From: the human T2T-CHM13v2.0 reference genome, Homo sapiens
DNA length: 64,000 nucleotides
Strand: one strand, 5' to 3'
Assembly: GCF_009914755.1 (NCBI RefSeq)
Contig: NC_060930.1
Shown here piece after piece: positions 29,177-41,673 of the stretch (position 1 is its first letter; every line of letters begins with the position of its first letter). The position numbers and the translations under genes are program-made. The notes below the pieces were generated by a model. The model saw only the letters and a list, made by a program, of their open reading frames with translations, searched no databases and was not told the origin of the DNA.

Positions 29177-31614
29177 GGGAAGAAAAGCAAGTCTATTTGG
29201 CTTTGCTGCTCCCTGCCTTCCTGGACCCGACCTATGGCCTTGTCTTCCTGTCAACATGCCTGGGCCCGTGGGTGGGGACAAAGGTGGCCGCCCACTCGGC
29301 CTCATCTACTGTCCCACCATCTCCTCTAATCTGCAGGTACCCCCCTTTGTCAGGCCTTTGCACACTCTGTGTCCAATGCCTAGAATGCCCCTCCCTCTCC
29401 TTCCATGAGCCTTCCCTCTCCCCTTGTCAGTCTGGTCCCTCACAACCCAGCTTAATGTCACTTCTACTCCTTTTGCTGAACCCACACGGAATCATGATTG
29501 CAGGCTCACATCTGCCTCCCTGTGCCCACTCTGTCACCAGGACCAGCTGGCCTTTATCCACCCACATATCCCCAGCACCCAGCACAGGGCCAGCTCAAAG
29601 TGGGTGCTCAGGGTATGCTGAGTGAATGAGCACCCACTTTGCTCCACAAACCCACCGCATCCCAGCCAGTCTTCTTGCCTTCAGGTTGAGTTAGGACTGT
29701 TGTCTGGACAGAAAGGGACCATGGAGCTCTCCCCACCCCACCCTCCATTGCTTAGATGAGCAGCTGGGGCTTAAGATGAAGTGGGCAGGGGCTCAAGAGG
29801 TGATATTTAGGTCTCTCTGATGGCACAAGAGCAGGTGTGCCACAAATGTTTGTTGAATGAACATTTGACTGAGTATGAATAAATGAATAAATGGGTGAAA
29901 AGCACCACTCCCTGGCCACTTTCAGATCCCTCCAGGGACAGAAATCTTAGGCCTCACAGCAACTGGAGGTATCAATACTCCTGGGGCATTTTCATTTTAT
30001 AAGCAGAGGCTGGGCACACTATACACCCTGAAAGAGCCTCTTTTGGAGATGGAGAAGCTTCCCAGGCAGCTCCACAGACCTCTGGCTGGTGGAGATTTTC
30101 CAGAAGGCCTGGTTTGGGAGGCATTAGGGAGGTCCTTCTTGTCTTCTCGGTATTTCCAGCCAGCTCTGCCACCTCAGTCTGTCCTAACCCACAGTGGAGC
30201 TAAGGCATGTCCCTGAAGCCCGTGAGCCTTAGTTTCTCCAAGTGTAAAGAAGGAGGCCATACCCCACATCTCAGCTCTTCAGGCCACCATGGCAGGAGGG
30301 CCAGACCCGGGGGTGGAAGAGACAGGCCAAGGGGAAAGGCCAATACCTGCACCACCCTCAGCCCTGACCAGGTCCGGCCTGTCTTCTTTCATGCCTAACA
30401 AGCCCCTAGCTCCTTGGCCACTGCATGGGTGAGAGGAGAGGGAAGGGCCCCCCATCCTGAGCCCTGCGCCAGGGTCCTCGCTGGCGGCAGGCGCCGGTCT
30501 CCGGCCTCACAGAAGACAGATAGCTCCCTTAATCACTCTGGAAAAGAACCCCAAGCCGATATAATATTATAATTAATTAATTCACTAAAAAGGTATTAAA
30601 TTTCTCTCCCCCCTGTGGATATTATCTGAATTCATTGACCTTTAGAAAAATCACCCTCTAATTGTAACCAGGTCCAAAAGCATTTGCAGCCCGTCCCTTT
30701 TACATTAATAATATCTTCCCAGACTCGGCTCTGGCTGCTTAAATATTGTATAAATTCCACTGCCCCCCTTGGAAAGAACAGAGCAAAGAAAAAAAAGATG
30801 AGGCTGGAGAAGTCTGAGAGGGGGATGGGGCCTGGGCCCCAAGAGGTAGGAGTTCCAGGAGGTGAGGGGGCAGGAAGTACACCCAGGTGCCTGGGAAGGG
30901 GCTCTCTGGCGGCTGCAGCTGAGCCAGGCAGCTTGAAAGACAGGGGAGGGGCATGGGCTTTGAGATGGAGCACGGGGCATGGGTTGAGAGCTTGAGTGTT
31001 GAACCTGAGGTTAGTTTTTAGGAGGCTATGTGTGTGTTTGTCTGGGGAGAAGGTGTGTAGCATGTATCAGACTCTCATCTAAGTTAATGGCGTCAAACAG
31101 TAAAGGAAGAATCTCTGCTTTAAAGGAACCATGGATAATGGAAACATGGCATTCCAAGCAGCACATTCCAAGGCCCTGCAACCCCCTCCCCGGCTGCCAC
31201 TCCAACTCTAGCCTCCCAGGCCCTGTTCTACAGATGGTGGAGCCGGCCGCCCAGCAGATGCAGTTGGACATGCAGAACTTCCTAAGGCTGAAGAGGTAGG
31301 TACTAACGCAGGCCGAGCAGCTGATGGGGATAGACAGATGCAGGAACTGGAGCTGAAGACAGCAGGGTCAGGGGCTGGGGCTCTGTCTGCATCCTCCACC
31401 CTCACCACCTCTGCTACCCCAGCAGCCTGGCTCCTGCCGAGGGCCCCACAATGGATCCAAGGGAGCTACTGCTTCTCGTCCTCTTAGCTTTGACCTCTTT
31501 CTCTGCTTCCTCTCCCACTGTACGTGTCTGTTTGTTCTCTAAGCCTCCCTAAAATGAAGGGGCTGGACAGGCTCATCCCTCCTGTGTCCACACCAGCCAA
31601 TGTCCTTACTCTGC

Positions 31615-31910
31615 CTTTTTATTTTTTAGAAACAGTGTCTTGCTGTATTGCCCAAGCTGGAATGCAATAGCATGATCATAGCTTACTGCAGCCTCAAACT
31701 TCTGGGCTCAAGCAGTCCTCCCATTTCAGCCTCCTGAGTAGCTAGGACCACATGTGTACACCACCATGCTTGGCTAATTAAAAAAAAAAAATAGAGTTAA
31801 GGGTCTTGCTATGTTGCCGAGGCTGGTTTTAAACTCCTGGCCTCAAGCAATCCTCCTGCCTCAGCCTCCTGAGTAGCTGGCATTACAAGTGCAAGCCACC
31901 ACACCTGGCC
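31615..31910 (-). mobile_element. Alu SINE (AluJ-like)
   Basis: Antisense Alu; TSD tactctgcctttt. Confidence 0.92.
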
Positions 31911-31939
31911 CTACTCTGCCTTTTAAAAAAGAATTTCCA

Positions 31940-32546
<607 letters not shown>

Positions 32547-34312
32547 GAATTTCCTCCATGGACCTGACACTTGGAAAGGTGTTGTCCACCAAATAAATAT
32601 TGCTGAAGGATGCATTGCCCTCTTATTGAATCAGAGTCGTTCATAATCACCAGCCAGATTCCATTCCAGCCACAAAGTGAGGGTCCTTCAGGCTGGTCTC
32701 AGAAACAGGAACACTTTCTGGTGGCTTATTGAAATACCGGAAGTAGTCCCTGGGCCGGCCTCAGCCAAATCGGTAGGACTGCAGGACTCCCAGGCAGGAT
32801 GGGAGCCACCCAGGCAGACAGCTTGGAATGTACAATGAAGCTGAGACTCCCCCACCCCCACCAGCCGCGGCGGGCAGCTGCCTAGTCCTGGCCCAGGGCA
32901 CCCTCTTGTGGACAGAACCCCACTCACACCCTCTGTCCTGTCGAATATGCAGTCCATACTCCAATGCCAGAGGTAGTGGCCAGGCTGAAGGAGCCCAGGG
33001 GCAGGAAAGCAGCAGGCAGGTGGAGGCGGGGATATCAGTGATCTTTTTCTTTTTTTTTTTTTTCCTTTTTAAAAATGTTTTAAATATTTATTTCTTTTTA
33101 GCAGACATCTGCTGGCAGGAAGGGCTATCCGTGATCTTGAAGGGCTGTGAGAGGAAGCAGGTGGGCAGCCCTCCACTCCACTAGGTCAATCCCCAGGGTG
33201 AAGTGGAAGAGCCAGTGGGGTCGGGAGAGACTTCTCAGGGGCCTGAAGGACCAGCCTTGGGACTTCCCGGAGCCTTCATCCCCCGGCCAAGGCAGGCCAA
33301 GCCTAGTTAATCAGGTGTCTCACAGAGTTCAGGGCTTGACCCAGACGGGGCTCAGAGGGGTTTCCAGGGCATGGGTAAGTCCCAGGTGGTGGGGTGGAAC
33401 CTGGAACTAGGAGGAGGCGCCAGCGCCCCGGCTGGCTCAGGCTCCACAAGGTCATCCCCGGCTCCATCTGACCTTGAGATTAATCCTGCAGCCTGCGCCA
33501 GCCCGGCCACCATCAGCGCCCAGCCGCCCGGCCCATTTTCCTTCTCTCCCCTCGCACGTTAATTGCTCAACGTTGATTTGATCTCCCGTTCGGCACAGAG
33601 GAAATTGCCCTATTAGCCATTTTCATCCCGGGATTTTTTTTTTTTTTTTAAATTAGGCCCCTTCAGCCTCTCAGGGCGATGACGGGGAGCCATTTTGGTC
33701 TCTGCCTGAAGCGGCCGTGGAGAGCAGAGGGGAACTGGATGAAGCCCGAAAAGCCCTCTCCCTGTTCCCGCCAGGCACCGGGGCTCGAGCAGCCGCCACT
33801 CGAACCCTGACTGTCCCCAGCCCATGTCCCCCTCCTAGGCGAGGTCATAAACACCAACGTCTCCAAGCAGAGGCCCAAGGACTGCAGCTCGGAGGAAAGG
33901 CCGCGCCCAGGCCTCGCTGCCAGAGCCAGAGCGGGGCGGGGGGACCCGGGCCCATAACACCCCACGCGCCGTCCTGGACTCCCATCTCCTCCCTGTCTAG
34001 CTCACGGGGGTCCCTTTCCCCAGAGCCCTAGCAGGACGCAGCCCCTCAGTTACCGGGAAGCCCGTCTGGCAGACAGAGCGCGAGCGCCGCCTCCAGAGCG
34101 CCCAGCTACAGCTTCTCAAGCCGGGTGGCCGCCCACCTGGGGAGGTCACCCCCAGAACAGGGGTGGGACAGAAGAAGCATGCCCCCCACCCCGGGCCCAG
34201 GGTGCCCCAAATAAGCAGCTAAGGGCGGCGCACTTGGTTTGTGAGCAACCCTCTCGCCACATCAACTAGTGTCGCTCCGGCCGCCGCTGGAGGTGTGGAA
34301 CCGGCGTGGCCG

Positions 34313-34331
34313 CAGCGCCACCTCGTGGCCG
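34313..34331 (-). promoter_or_regulatory. CTCF consensus site
   Basis: Minus strand reads GGCCACGAGGTGGCGCTG, matching CCAC-N-AG(G/A)TGGCGC. Confidence 0.7.
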
Positions 34332-34534
34332 TGAGGAGGGACCGTGCCCCCCTCAGCACCCAAACCCCTCGTCTTCCCCGGGCAGGGCTGAGGCGTGTGA
34401 CAAGCGTGTTCCCTCTTCCCTGTACCCCCCACCCCGACTCCCTTCAGGCAGCATCCGCACTCTGGAGGGGGCCCGCTGGGTTGAATCCTCCCGTTCGCTG
34501 TCAGCCCTAGACCCACTCCAAAGAGACAGGACCA

Positions 34535-35160
34535 GCAAGTACAAAGCACAGTGTTTACTAAAGGCACAAAGTGAGGGGTCGGAGGGCAGCTGCTCTTCCG
34601 GCAGTGACCCCTCCCGCTTCTGGCAGCCCCCGCGCTCACACCACCTGGTGGAGAGCTATTAGCACCAAAGTGGGGGGTGCCCACCTGTGGGAGAGCCGAG
34701 GACCAGGCTGCGGGGTGGACCTCCTGCCATCTGAGTCCCAAAAAGGCAGGCCTGAGCACCCCCAGGACCAGTTGCCTCAGATGAGGAGCTTCCCGAACCC
34801 CTCAAGCATGTCCTTCACTGGTAATGAGGGGCTCGGGCTCAGAAGACAGGGAATCTCCACCAGGCCCTCTTCTCACCTCTAGAACACCCTGCCCCTCCCT
34901 GCCCCGCGATTCCATCTCCGGGAGAGGGGCTGAAGGCCTCTTCCCACTGCGCCAGTCAAAAGGGCTGCCCTGGGGGTGCTTCTCCTGACCCCACAGGCTG
35001 CCAGACAGGCACTAAGTCCAAACAGGGGCCAACGGGGAGGAGGGAGGCAGGGCAGGTGGCTACTTCACACACAGTGCAGCCTGAAGGGTGGGAGGGAGGT
35101 GCCCCTGGCCCTCCCAGCCCCCAGGCCGGCCCCTGTTCCCTGGCACAGGGGCAGCCAGGG
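34535..35160 (-). other. TFEB: TFEB 3'UTR (end approximate)
   Basis: Lies between the TGA at 35161-35163 and the inferred cleavage site 15-20 nt past AGTAAA. Confidence 0.75.
34554..34559 (-). terminator. TFEB polyadenylation signal (variant AGTAAA)
   Basis: Minus strand tttgtgcctttAGTAAAcactgtgctttgtacttgctgg; I saw no AATAAA/ATTAAA between the stop codon and this site. Confidence 0.65.
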
Positions 35161-35640
35161 TCACAGCACATCGCCCTCCTCCATGCTGAAGCTGCTCCGG
35201 CGGCTGCTGGCCTTGGAGGCCTCGGGGGACATGGTGGACAGAAGTGGATCAGAGGCCAGCGGTAGCAGTGAGTCGTCCAGGAGCATGAGGTCCAGATCCT
35301 TCTTGGACAGGCTGGGGAATGGGGAGCCATGCCCCGGCGCCAGGGGTTCGGGGTAGCCCGGGGGACCCTCGTCCTCCCTGCCCCCAAAGCTCAGGCTGTG
35401 GCTGAAGTCCAGGTGATGGAATGGGGACGGTGGCTGGGTGGGCAGGGGCAGCGGGGCTTGCGGGGGCAGAGCTGGCAGTGGCTCAGGGTCAGGGACCTCA
35501 GCCCCCAGCATCAGGGCCTCCCCTGGGCCCTCTTCGCTAGGCAGCTCCTGCTTCACCACCTGCTGGGCCAGCTCAGCCATGTTCATGCCGGACGGGGAGG
35601 TGGTAGGGAGGCCGTGCACTCGAGCCTGCATCTCCAGCTC
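35161..35640 (-). CDS. TFEB: TFEB last coding exon (Pro-rich region and Ser-rich C-terminus)
   Basis: Acceptor cccctgcag|GAG; ELEMQARVHGLPTTSPSG...SSRRSSFSMEEGDVL-TGA; 480 nt. Confidence 0.98.
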   Translation of the reverse strand, partial: ELEMQARVHGLPTTSPSGMNMAELAQQVVKQELPSEEGPGEALMLGAEVPDPEPLPALPPQAPLPLPTQPPSPFHHLDFSHSLSFGGREDEGPPGYPEPLAPGHGSPFPSLSKKDLDLMLLDDSLLPLASDPLLSTMSPEASKASSRRSSFSMEEGDVL

Positions 35641-36149
35641 CTGCAGGGGAGCAGACAGAAGGCTGGGGAACACACCTATGGGCACCAGCCACCAGGACCC
35701 CTCCCCTGGGCCTCTATCACAGCACTTGCCCCTGCCCTACGGCACCCAAGACCCAAAGTGTTTCCGCTGGAAGAAAGCATAGGGTAGCTCTAGAGTCTAG
35801 ACCAGTGTTTTTTCAGACTACAAGTCGTAACTCATTAGTGGGTTGTGAAGCCACCGTAGTGAGTCTTGACCAGCTTTCTATTTTTTTAATTGAAATTGAC
35901 TTGTCTAGACTAGACTAGAATAGAAATTATTAGAATGCATTGCATCTATTAAGGACGAGGGGAGCGTTACTTCATGAAACTGATTTTTCACTTTGTGCCT
36001 GTGTGTGCTAGATTTTAATGTAAATTGTGTCATCTACCATAAGAAAGAGAAACAAGGTGCAGTCCAATTGCCCTTTGTGTAAAGGGCCAGCCTCAGGTCT
36101 AAAGAGGACAAGAGGCCCTCAACTCAGAGCCAGGACTAGAACTCTCAGT

Positions 36150-36530
36150 TCCAGCTGGTAGGGCTGACTCTGCCAAGCTCCTGGTTCTTTAGGTTGGCCC
36201 TGTGGAGATTCCTAGTGCCACCCACCAAATGATTCCAGCTCTCTACCTTCCAGGCACATGATAGGTTTGCATTTTCCTGCCTCTTGAGGTTAGAGTACTT
36301 GTAGAGTGTGCTTGCATTGGCCAAGCCCATTGAACAGAAGTGACATGTGGCACCTTAAGAGTGACAATGGCTTTAAGAGCCAGCTCTAGATGTGCCATCA
36401 GAGAGCTGGGTGCCAGCAGCGTGGGTGCCAGAATGAGGGTCTCACAGAACAGAACCTCCAGCTGATATGTGTTGCTTAAAGATGCTGAGGATTGTTTGTT
36501 ACCAAAGCAAAACATCCTAACTGATACATC
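36150..36530. mobile_element. MLT1-like LTR remnant in the last TFEB intron
   Basis: Ends gattgtttgttaccaaagcaaaacatcctaactgataca, typical of an MLT1 end. Confidence 0.6.
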
Positions 36531-36651
36531 CTCCTTCCTAATGGGCATTATTCCTGTGTCTCCAACTTCAGAAGTACAAGTACTGCCCCTTAGGGCCAGG
36601 AGCCAGGTTAAGGGTCAGAGTTACCAAAGAAGTCCAAGTTCAGGACCAGAC

Positions 36652-36799
36652 CTGGATACGGAGCCAGAGCTGCTTGTTGGTCATCTCCAGGCGGCGAGAG
36701 TGGTTCTCCAGCTCCCTGGACTTTTGCAGGTCCTTCTGCATCCTCCGGATGTAATCCACAGAGGCCTTGAGGATGGTGCCCTTGTTCCAGCGCACGTCC
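36652..36799 (-). CDS. TFEB: TFEB coding exon 7 (helix 2 and leucine zipper)
   Basis: gctgcag|G GAC GTG...[49 protein letters not shown]|gtctgg; 148 nt. Confidence 0.97.
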
Positions 36800-37067
36800 C
36801 TGCAGCAGCAGGCCAGGCAAATTAGAGGTGCATGCTCAGAAGAGTGGCCAAATCCTTGCTACTGCTCTGGTTGCAGAGCTTATGTGGCCTGTCCCAGTCT
36901 TACCCAGCAACCCCAGACCTGGAGGTGGAGGTGACTGATCTCAGTTTGCACAGAATGGGCCCTCCTGGTGACTTCTGTTGCCACTGCCCACTTCATTAAT
37001 CTCATGAAACCAGGCAATTCAGAGCAGCCTCCTTCCCAAGACTACCAAGACTCCAGCCCAGCCTACC

Positions 37068-37369
37068 TTTCTTTTTTTTTTTTTTTTTTTGAGATGGAGT
37101 CTCGTTCTGTTGCCCAGGCTGGAATGCAGTGCAGTAGCGAGATCTCGGCTCACTGCTACCTCCACCTCCTGAGTTCAATCAATTCTCCTGTCTCAGCCTC
37201 CCTAGTAGCTGGCACTGTAGGCACACACCACTGTGCCCAGCTAATTTTTGTATTTTTAGTAGAGATGGGGTTTCGCCATGTTGGCCAGGCTGGTCTTGAA
37301 CTCATGACCTCAAGTGATCTGCCTGCCTCAGCTTCCCACAGTGCTGGGATTATAGGCGTGAGCCCGGCC
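37068..37369 (-). mobile_element. Alu SINE
   Basis: Poly-T plus antisense Alu body. Confidence 0.95.
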
Positions 37370-37655
37370 TCTTGTCTGCCAGCCCAATGGCCTTAAGAAA
37401 ACTTTCTCAGCATGACTGCTCCTCCAAGAAGCCTCCCTTGACCTCAGCCTCACTTCCAGGACAGAAACTCATCTGTCTTGAGCTTTCCTGATTCTTTCCT
37501 GATTTGGGAGAGGGAGAGATCTTTTCTCAAATAGATGAACTTCTAGAAGGAATTCTCCTCCCATCCTAGTAACTAGCATGGGGCTGAGGGCAGATAATAC
37601 TTGTCAGCTGCTGCCCACCCAGACCCATCACCCTCCCCCTCAGAAACCTGCTCAC

Positions 37656-37731
37656 AGGTCATTGGCCTTGGGGATCAGCATTCCCAACTCCTTGATGCGG
37701 TCATTGATGTTGAACCTTCGTCTCCTTTCAA
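37656..37731 (-). CDS. TFEB: TFEB coding exon 6 (basic region and helix 1)
   Basis: cctttag|TTGAAAGG...(I)[24 protein letters not shown](L)|gtgagc; 76 nt. Confidence 0.97.
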
Positions 37732-38314
37732 CTAAAGGTAACAGATTCCAGAAGGAGCAATTAGAGGGATGGGGACCCCCCACCCCATGGGGAGAAGTAC
37801 CCAGCCCAGGGAGGGGTGCTTCAGGGCAACCTGCAGCTTAGATTTAGTTCTTCCAGGAAGTAAGAGGTGACCAACAGATTGGGATTTCTACAGGAATTAG
37901 GGGGTCCAGGGCAAAGGCCAGACACAATTAAGAGCACTGAAAGGTAGAATCAGCCATGGTGATGCTCGTAGCACAGCAAAGCTGCCTGGGGTAGGACTCT
38001 TCCCTGCTACACAGAACTCTGATGCCCCAGGTTCCATGCCTTAACCCAGAAAACAACCTGATAAACTGGGGGTTTCATGAATATCCCTTACAGGAATCCT
38101 TCCTACCCACTCCTAAAGAGGCCTAGTGGAAAGACAGCACTAATAGTCCCAGGCACCACTGAGTGACAGCAATGGGAGGGCTTAAGCCATCTGCAAGTGA
38201 ATTGGCCTTGAGCAGGGAAGCCTTCCACCAGTGCAGGTCAGGGAGTGGCTTTTTAGCCAGCCCAGGTGAGAACAAGGAAGAGGGAGGCAGGGAGAGGGGC
38301 GGGGCAGGACTCAC

Positions 38315-38371
38315 TTAAGTTGTGATTGTCTTTCTTCTGCCGCTCCTTGGCCAGGGCCCTGCTCTCAGCAT
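38315..38371 (-). CDS. TFEB: TFEB coding exon 5
   Basis: ctccag|AT GCT...(D)AESRALAKERQKKDNHNL|gtgagt; 57 nt. Confidence 0.97.
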   Translation of the reverse strand: MLRAGPWPRSGRRKTITT

Positions 38372-38469
38372 CTGGAGGCCAAAAGAGAAGGAGAGAGGAG
38401 CTGGGAGGGAGGGAGAAAAGGAGGGAGGAGTCGGGTATTCAAAGGCACAGGGGTAGAGGGAGGCAGTAC

Positions 38470-38590
38470 CTGTGAGCTCTCGCTTCTGGGTCAGGTCCGC
38501 AGGGCAGGAGCTGCTGGTGACGCCCACCAGGGAGGCTGTGACCTGGGGGTCGCTGCTGTACACATTCAGGTGGCTGCTGGACAGGGGTAG
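38470..38590 (-). CDS. TFEB: TFEB coding exon 4 (contains the S211 14-3-3 site, TSSSCP)
   Basis: ccacag|LPLSSSHLNVYSSDPQVTASLVGVTSSSCPADLTQKRELT|gtactg; 121 nt. Confidence 0.97.
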
Positions 38591-40292
38591 CTGTGGGGTA
38601 GGGGGTGAGGGAGACCCATGAGTATCCCCCTCTCCACAGGGAGCCCCCTCTAGGGCCTATCATCCCAGGAGCAGTCCTTCCTGGGGACACCTGGAGTGTC
38701 AAAATTCACCTTGGGCCCTTTCACCCAGCAATTCAACCTGAAGGTCTGCAGAGTCCAGAGCTATTATAAGATGTAGTCCCTGCCCTCAAGGAGCCCCTGG
38801 CCTAGAGTGTCTGAGAGAGTGATCCAACCAATAATATGTGATAGGATTAGGCCCCAGGCATTATGGAAGCCCTAGAGCAGGTCATCTAATCAATTCTAGA
38901 GTTTCTGGACGGTTTCCTGGAGGGTGTGGAACTCTGAGTCTTGAGCAGAGATGTGAGGCAAGGCACTCCGGGCAGCCACCAGGGCACAAGCAGACAGGGC
39001 AGCTTGGCAGAGCACAATTCCAGCAGCTCAAGGGCAGAAGTGGTGGGGGTGGAGGTGCTGTAGGCAGGGCAGATGTATCTGGATCCCCAGTACAGTGTTT
39101 GACTTGCAAAGATACTGGAATTTTGGAATGGGCAGCCAAGGGAAGTTGAAGCAGGAGTCTGACAGGGAGAGATCTGAGCTCTGGAAAGATCTGCCACAGA
39201 AACATGCAGAACAAATCACAGGCCCAGACACCCCACAGTGTACACAGGAACTACTAAAGGGACCAATCACTTGCATCCTCCCTCCCTCCTCAGCCCTCGC
39301 TGCCCCTGCTAGCTGTAGGTTTGGACCCAACCAGTCCCGGCCAGCTCCTACTAAGCCACTCAGCGATGTCACCAGGGCAGTGGGGACAGAGGATTGACTC
39401 CCCACCACAGGAACTGGGGACTTTCCCTTGGTGGCATGGGCTGGGGCCAGGATCAGGGTGAAAGGCTCATGCCCAAAGGCAGGAGTAAGTAGCTGAGGTT
39501 CAGGAGCTCCAAAGAAAAGTGGGTGGAAGGGGCGCTGGCAATCCCACCTGCTCAGCGTACACACCTGCCACCTTTGTAGAGAGCTTGCCCTCAATTTCTT
39601 CCCTCATCTAATCTTCCCACAATCCTGTGGGTAGAGAGCATCACCCCCATTTTGCAGCTGAGAAAACTGGGGTTTAGTATGCTTGAGGGATTTCCTAAGG
39701 TCACAGCAAAAGCCAGAAGCCAGGCTTCTTGACTCCAAGCCCAGCACCTCCCCACCTGCTACCCCACCTCTGCCAGGAGACGCAGGAAGCTGCCAGAGGG
39801 AGTGTTCCTGTGGTTGGGGACAAGGCCAGCCCCAGATCACTTGCCCCATGGAGTAAGAGACACAGACAGGCTTTTGCCTGTTGGGCCCTGGGTTTGGTAA
39901 AGGAGGGGAGGCCCAGGTCCCCAAAGGAGCTCATTAGTTCCACACCTTCCCATAGACACACTGCCCCTCCACCCATGCAGTGCTCTCCCTGCCTCCCTCT
40001 GCCCCTTCGCCAACCTGGAAAGCTCCCCCCACAGGCCCACTCCGTGTCCCCAGCCCCTTCTCCCCTCTGAAGCCCCATGGTGCACAGAGGCTGAGGCACA
40101 TCCTTCTTGCTTCATAATTCCTCTTGGCCCCGGCCTTTGTCACATTATTTAGTGAAAATGACTCATCTCTACAGAAACATGCCAGCTCTGCCCAGTGAGA
40201 ACCCTGTCTCCACTCTCTCCAGGCTCAGAGCCACAGTGGGTGCCCCCCTCCCTAGAACCCTTGCACACCCACCCCACCCTAGCCAGGAGTAC

Positions 40293-40373
40293 CGTGTTGG
40301 GCATCTGCATTTCAGGATTGATGTAGCCAAGGACATCGTCCAGACGCATAATGTTGTCAATGACATCATCCAA
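40293..40373 (-). CDS. TFEB: TFEB coding exon 3 (acidic activation domain)
   Basis: tttccag|LDDVIDNIMRLDDVLGYINPEMQMPNT|gtactc; 81 nt. Confidence 0.97.
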
Positions 40374-40654
40374 CTGGAAAAGAGAAAAGTCCATCTGGGG
40401 AGGGCCCACCACGAGGTGGGCAGGGGAAAGAGGCATTGGGACAACCACTGACCTGGAGGGACCTTGGAGCCCACCTCACCCAACCTACTTATCTGGGGAA
40501 AGAGGAAATAGGCCCAGAGAAGAGATGAGCTGTCCAGGTCCCACTGGCCCAACATGAAGCTACGGTTCTTGCCAAGGAGCCTACCTGCCCAGGGAGCTTC
40601 CTTGATCTCACTTCTGTCTCTGGCTTGGGGAGTGTGCTGGGCTTTCCTGGATAA

Positions 40655-40990
<336 letters not shown>

Positions 40991-41224
40991 TTCCTAGCAG
41001 AGCTTTTGAAAGTAAGGATGGCGTTTCCTCTGTGAGGCTCCCTGAGGGCAGGGCTGTGTCTTCCCCCCTGAGATTGGGGCTCCCTGAGAAGGGCTCTGTC
41101 CCCACCTCAGACTGAGTCTCCCTGAAGGCACCCCTGCCTCTGCCATTAGACTGGGAGTCTCAGAAGCACAGCAGTGGGCACGAGCTCTGCAAGCAGCATG
41201 GCCACTGGCCAGCTCCTCACTCAC

Positions 41225-41479
41225 CTCCCTCTCAGGGTTGGAGCCAATGTGCAGCATGGCCATGGGGCTATTGGGAGCACTGTTGCCAGCGGAGGAGGAC
41301 AGCACGTGTCCAGCTCGCACCCCTGGGGAGGCGGCTGGTGGGGGTTTCGGAGAGCCCTGGGCTGGGCTGATGTGGGCAGCAAACTTGTTCCCATAGGTCT
41401 CGGACAGGTACTCCCGCACCTTCTGATGCTGCGACTGCTGCAGATGGTAGGATGTGGGATTCTCCAGGTAGGACTGCAC
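41225..41479 (-). CDS. TFEB: TFEB coding exon 2 (contains S122/S142 and the nuclear export region)
   Basis: ctcccag|VQSYLENPTSYHLQQSQ...SAPNSPMAMLHIGSNPERE|gtgagt; 255 nt. Confidence 0.98.
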
Positions 41480-41562
41480 CTGGGAGGGGGAAAAGGCAAG
41501 GGCTCTAGGGGAGGCTGGGACTAGTGGGGACAGGGTGGGGGGCAGGCCAGAACAGGCCCTAC

Positions 41563-41642
41563 CTTCAACACCTCCCCAGGCACAGGTGGTGGCGACTGGA
41601 AGTGGACGGGGGTATTGATGGCCGGGGTGGGCGGCCCTCCGA

Positions 41643-41673
<31 letters not shown>

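Larger units (their letters stand above)
33410..34720. promoter_or_regulatory. CpG island spanning the TFEB 3' end and the sequence downstream of it
   Basis: Very GC-rich, with many CG dinucleotides (gcgcgagcgccgcc, ccggccgccgctgg, ggcggcgcac) compared with the flanks. Confidence 0.75.
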
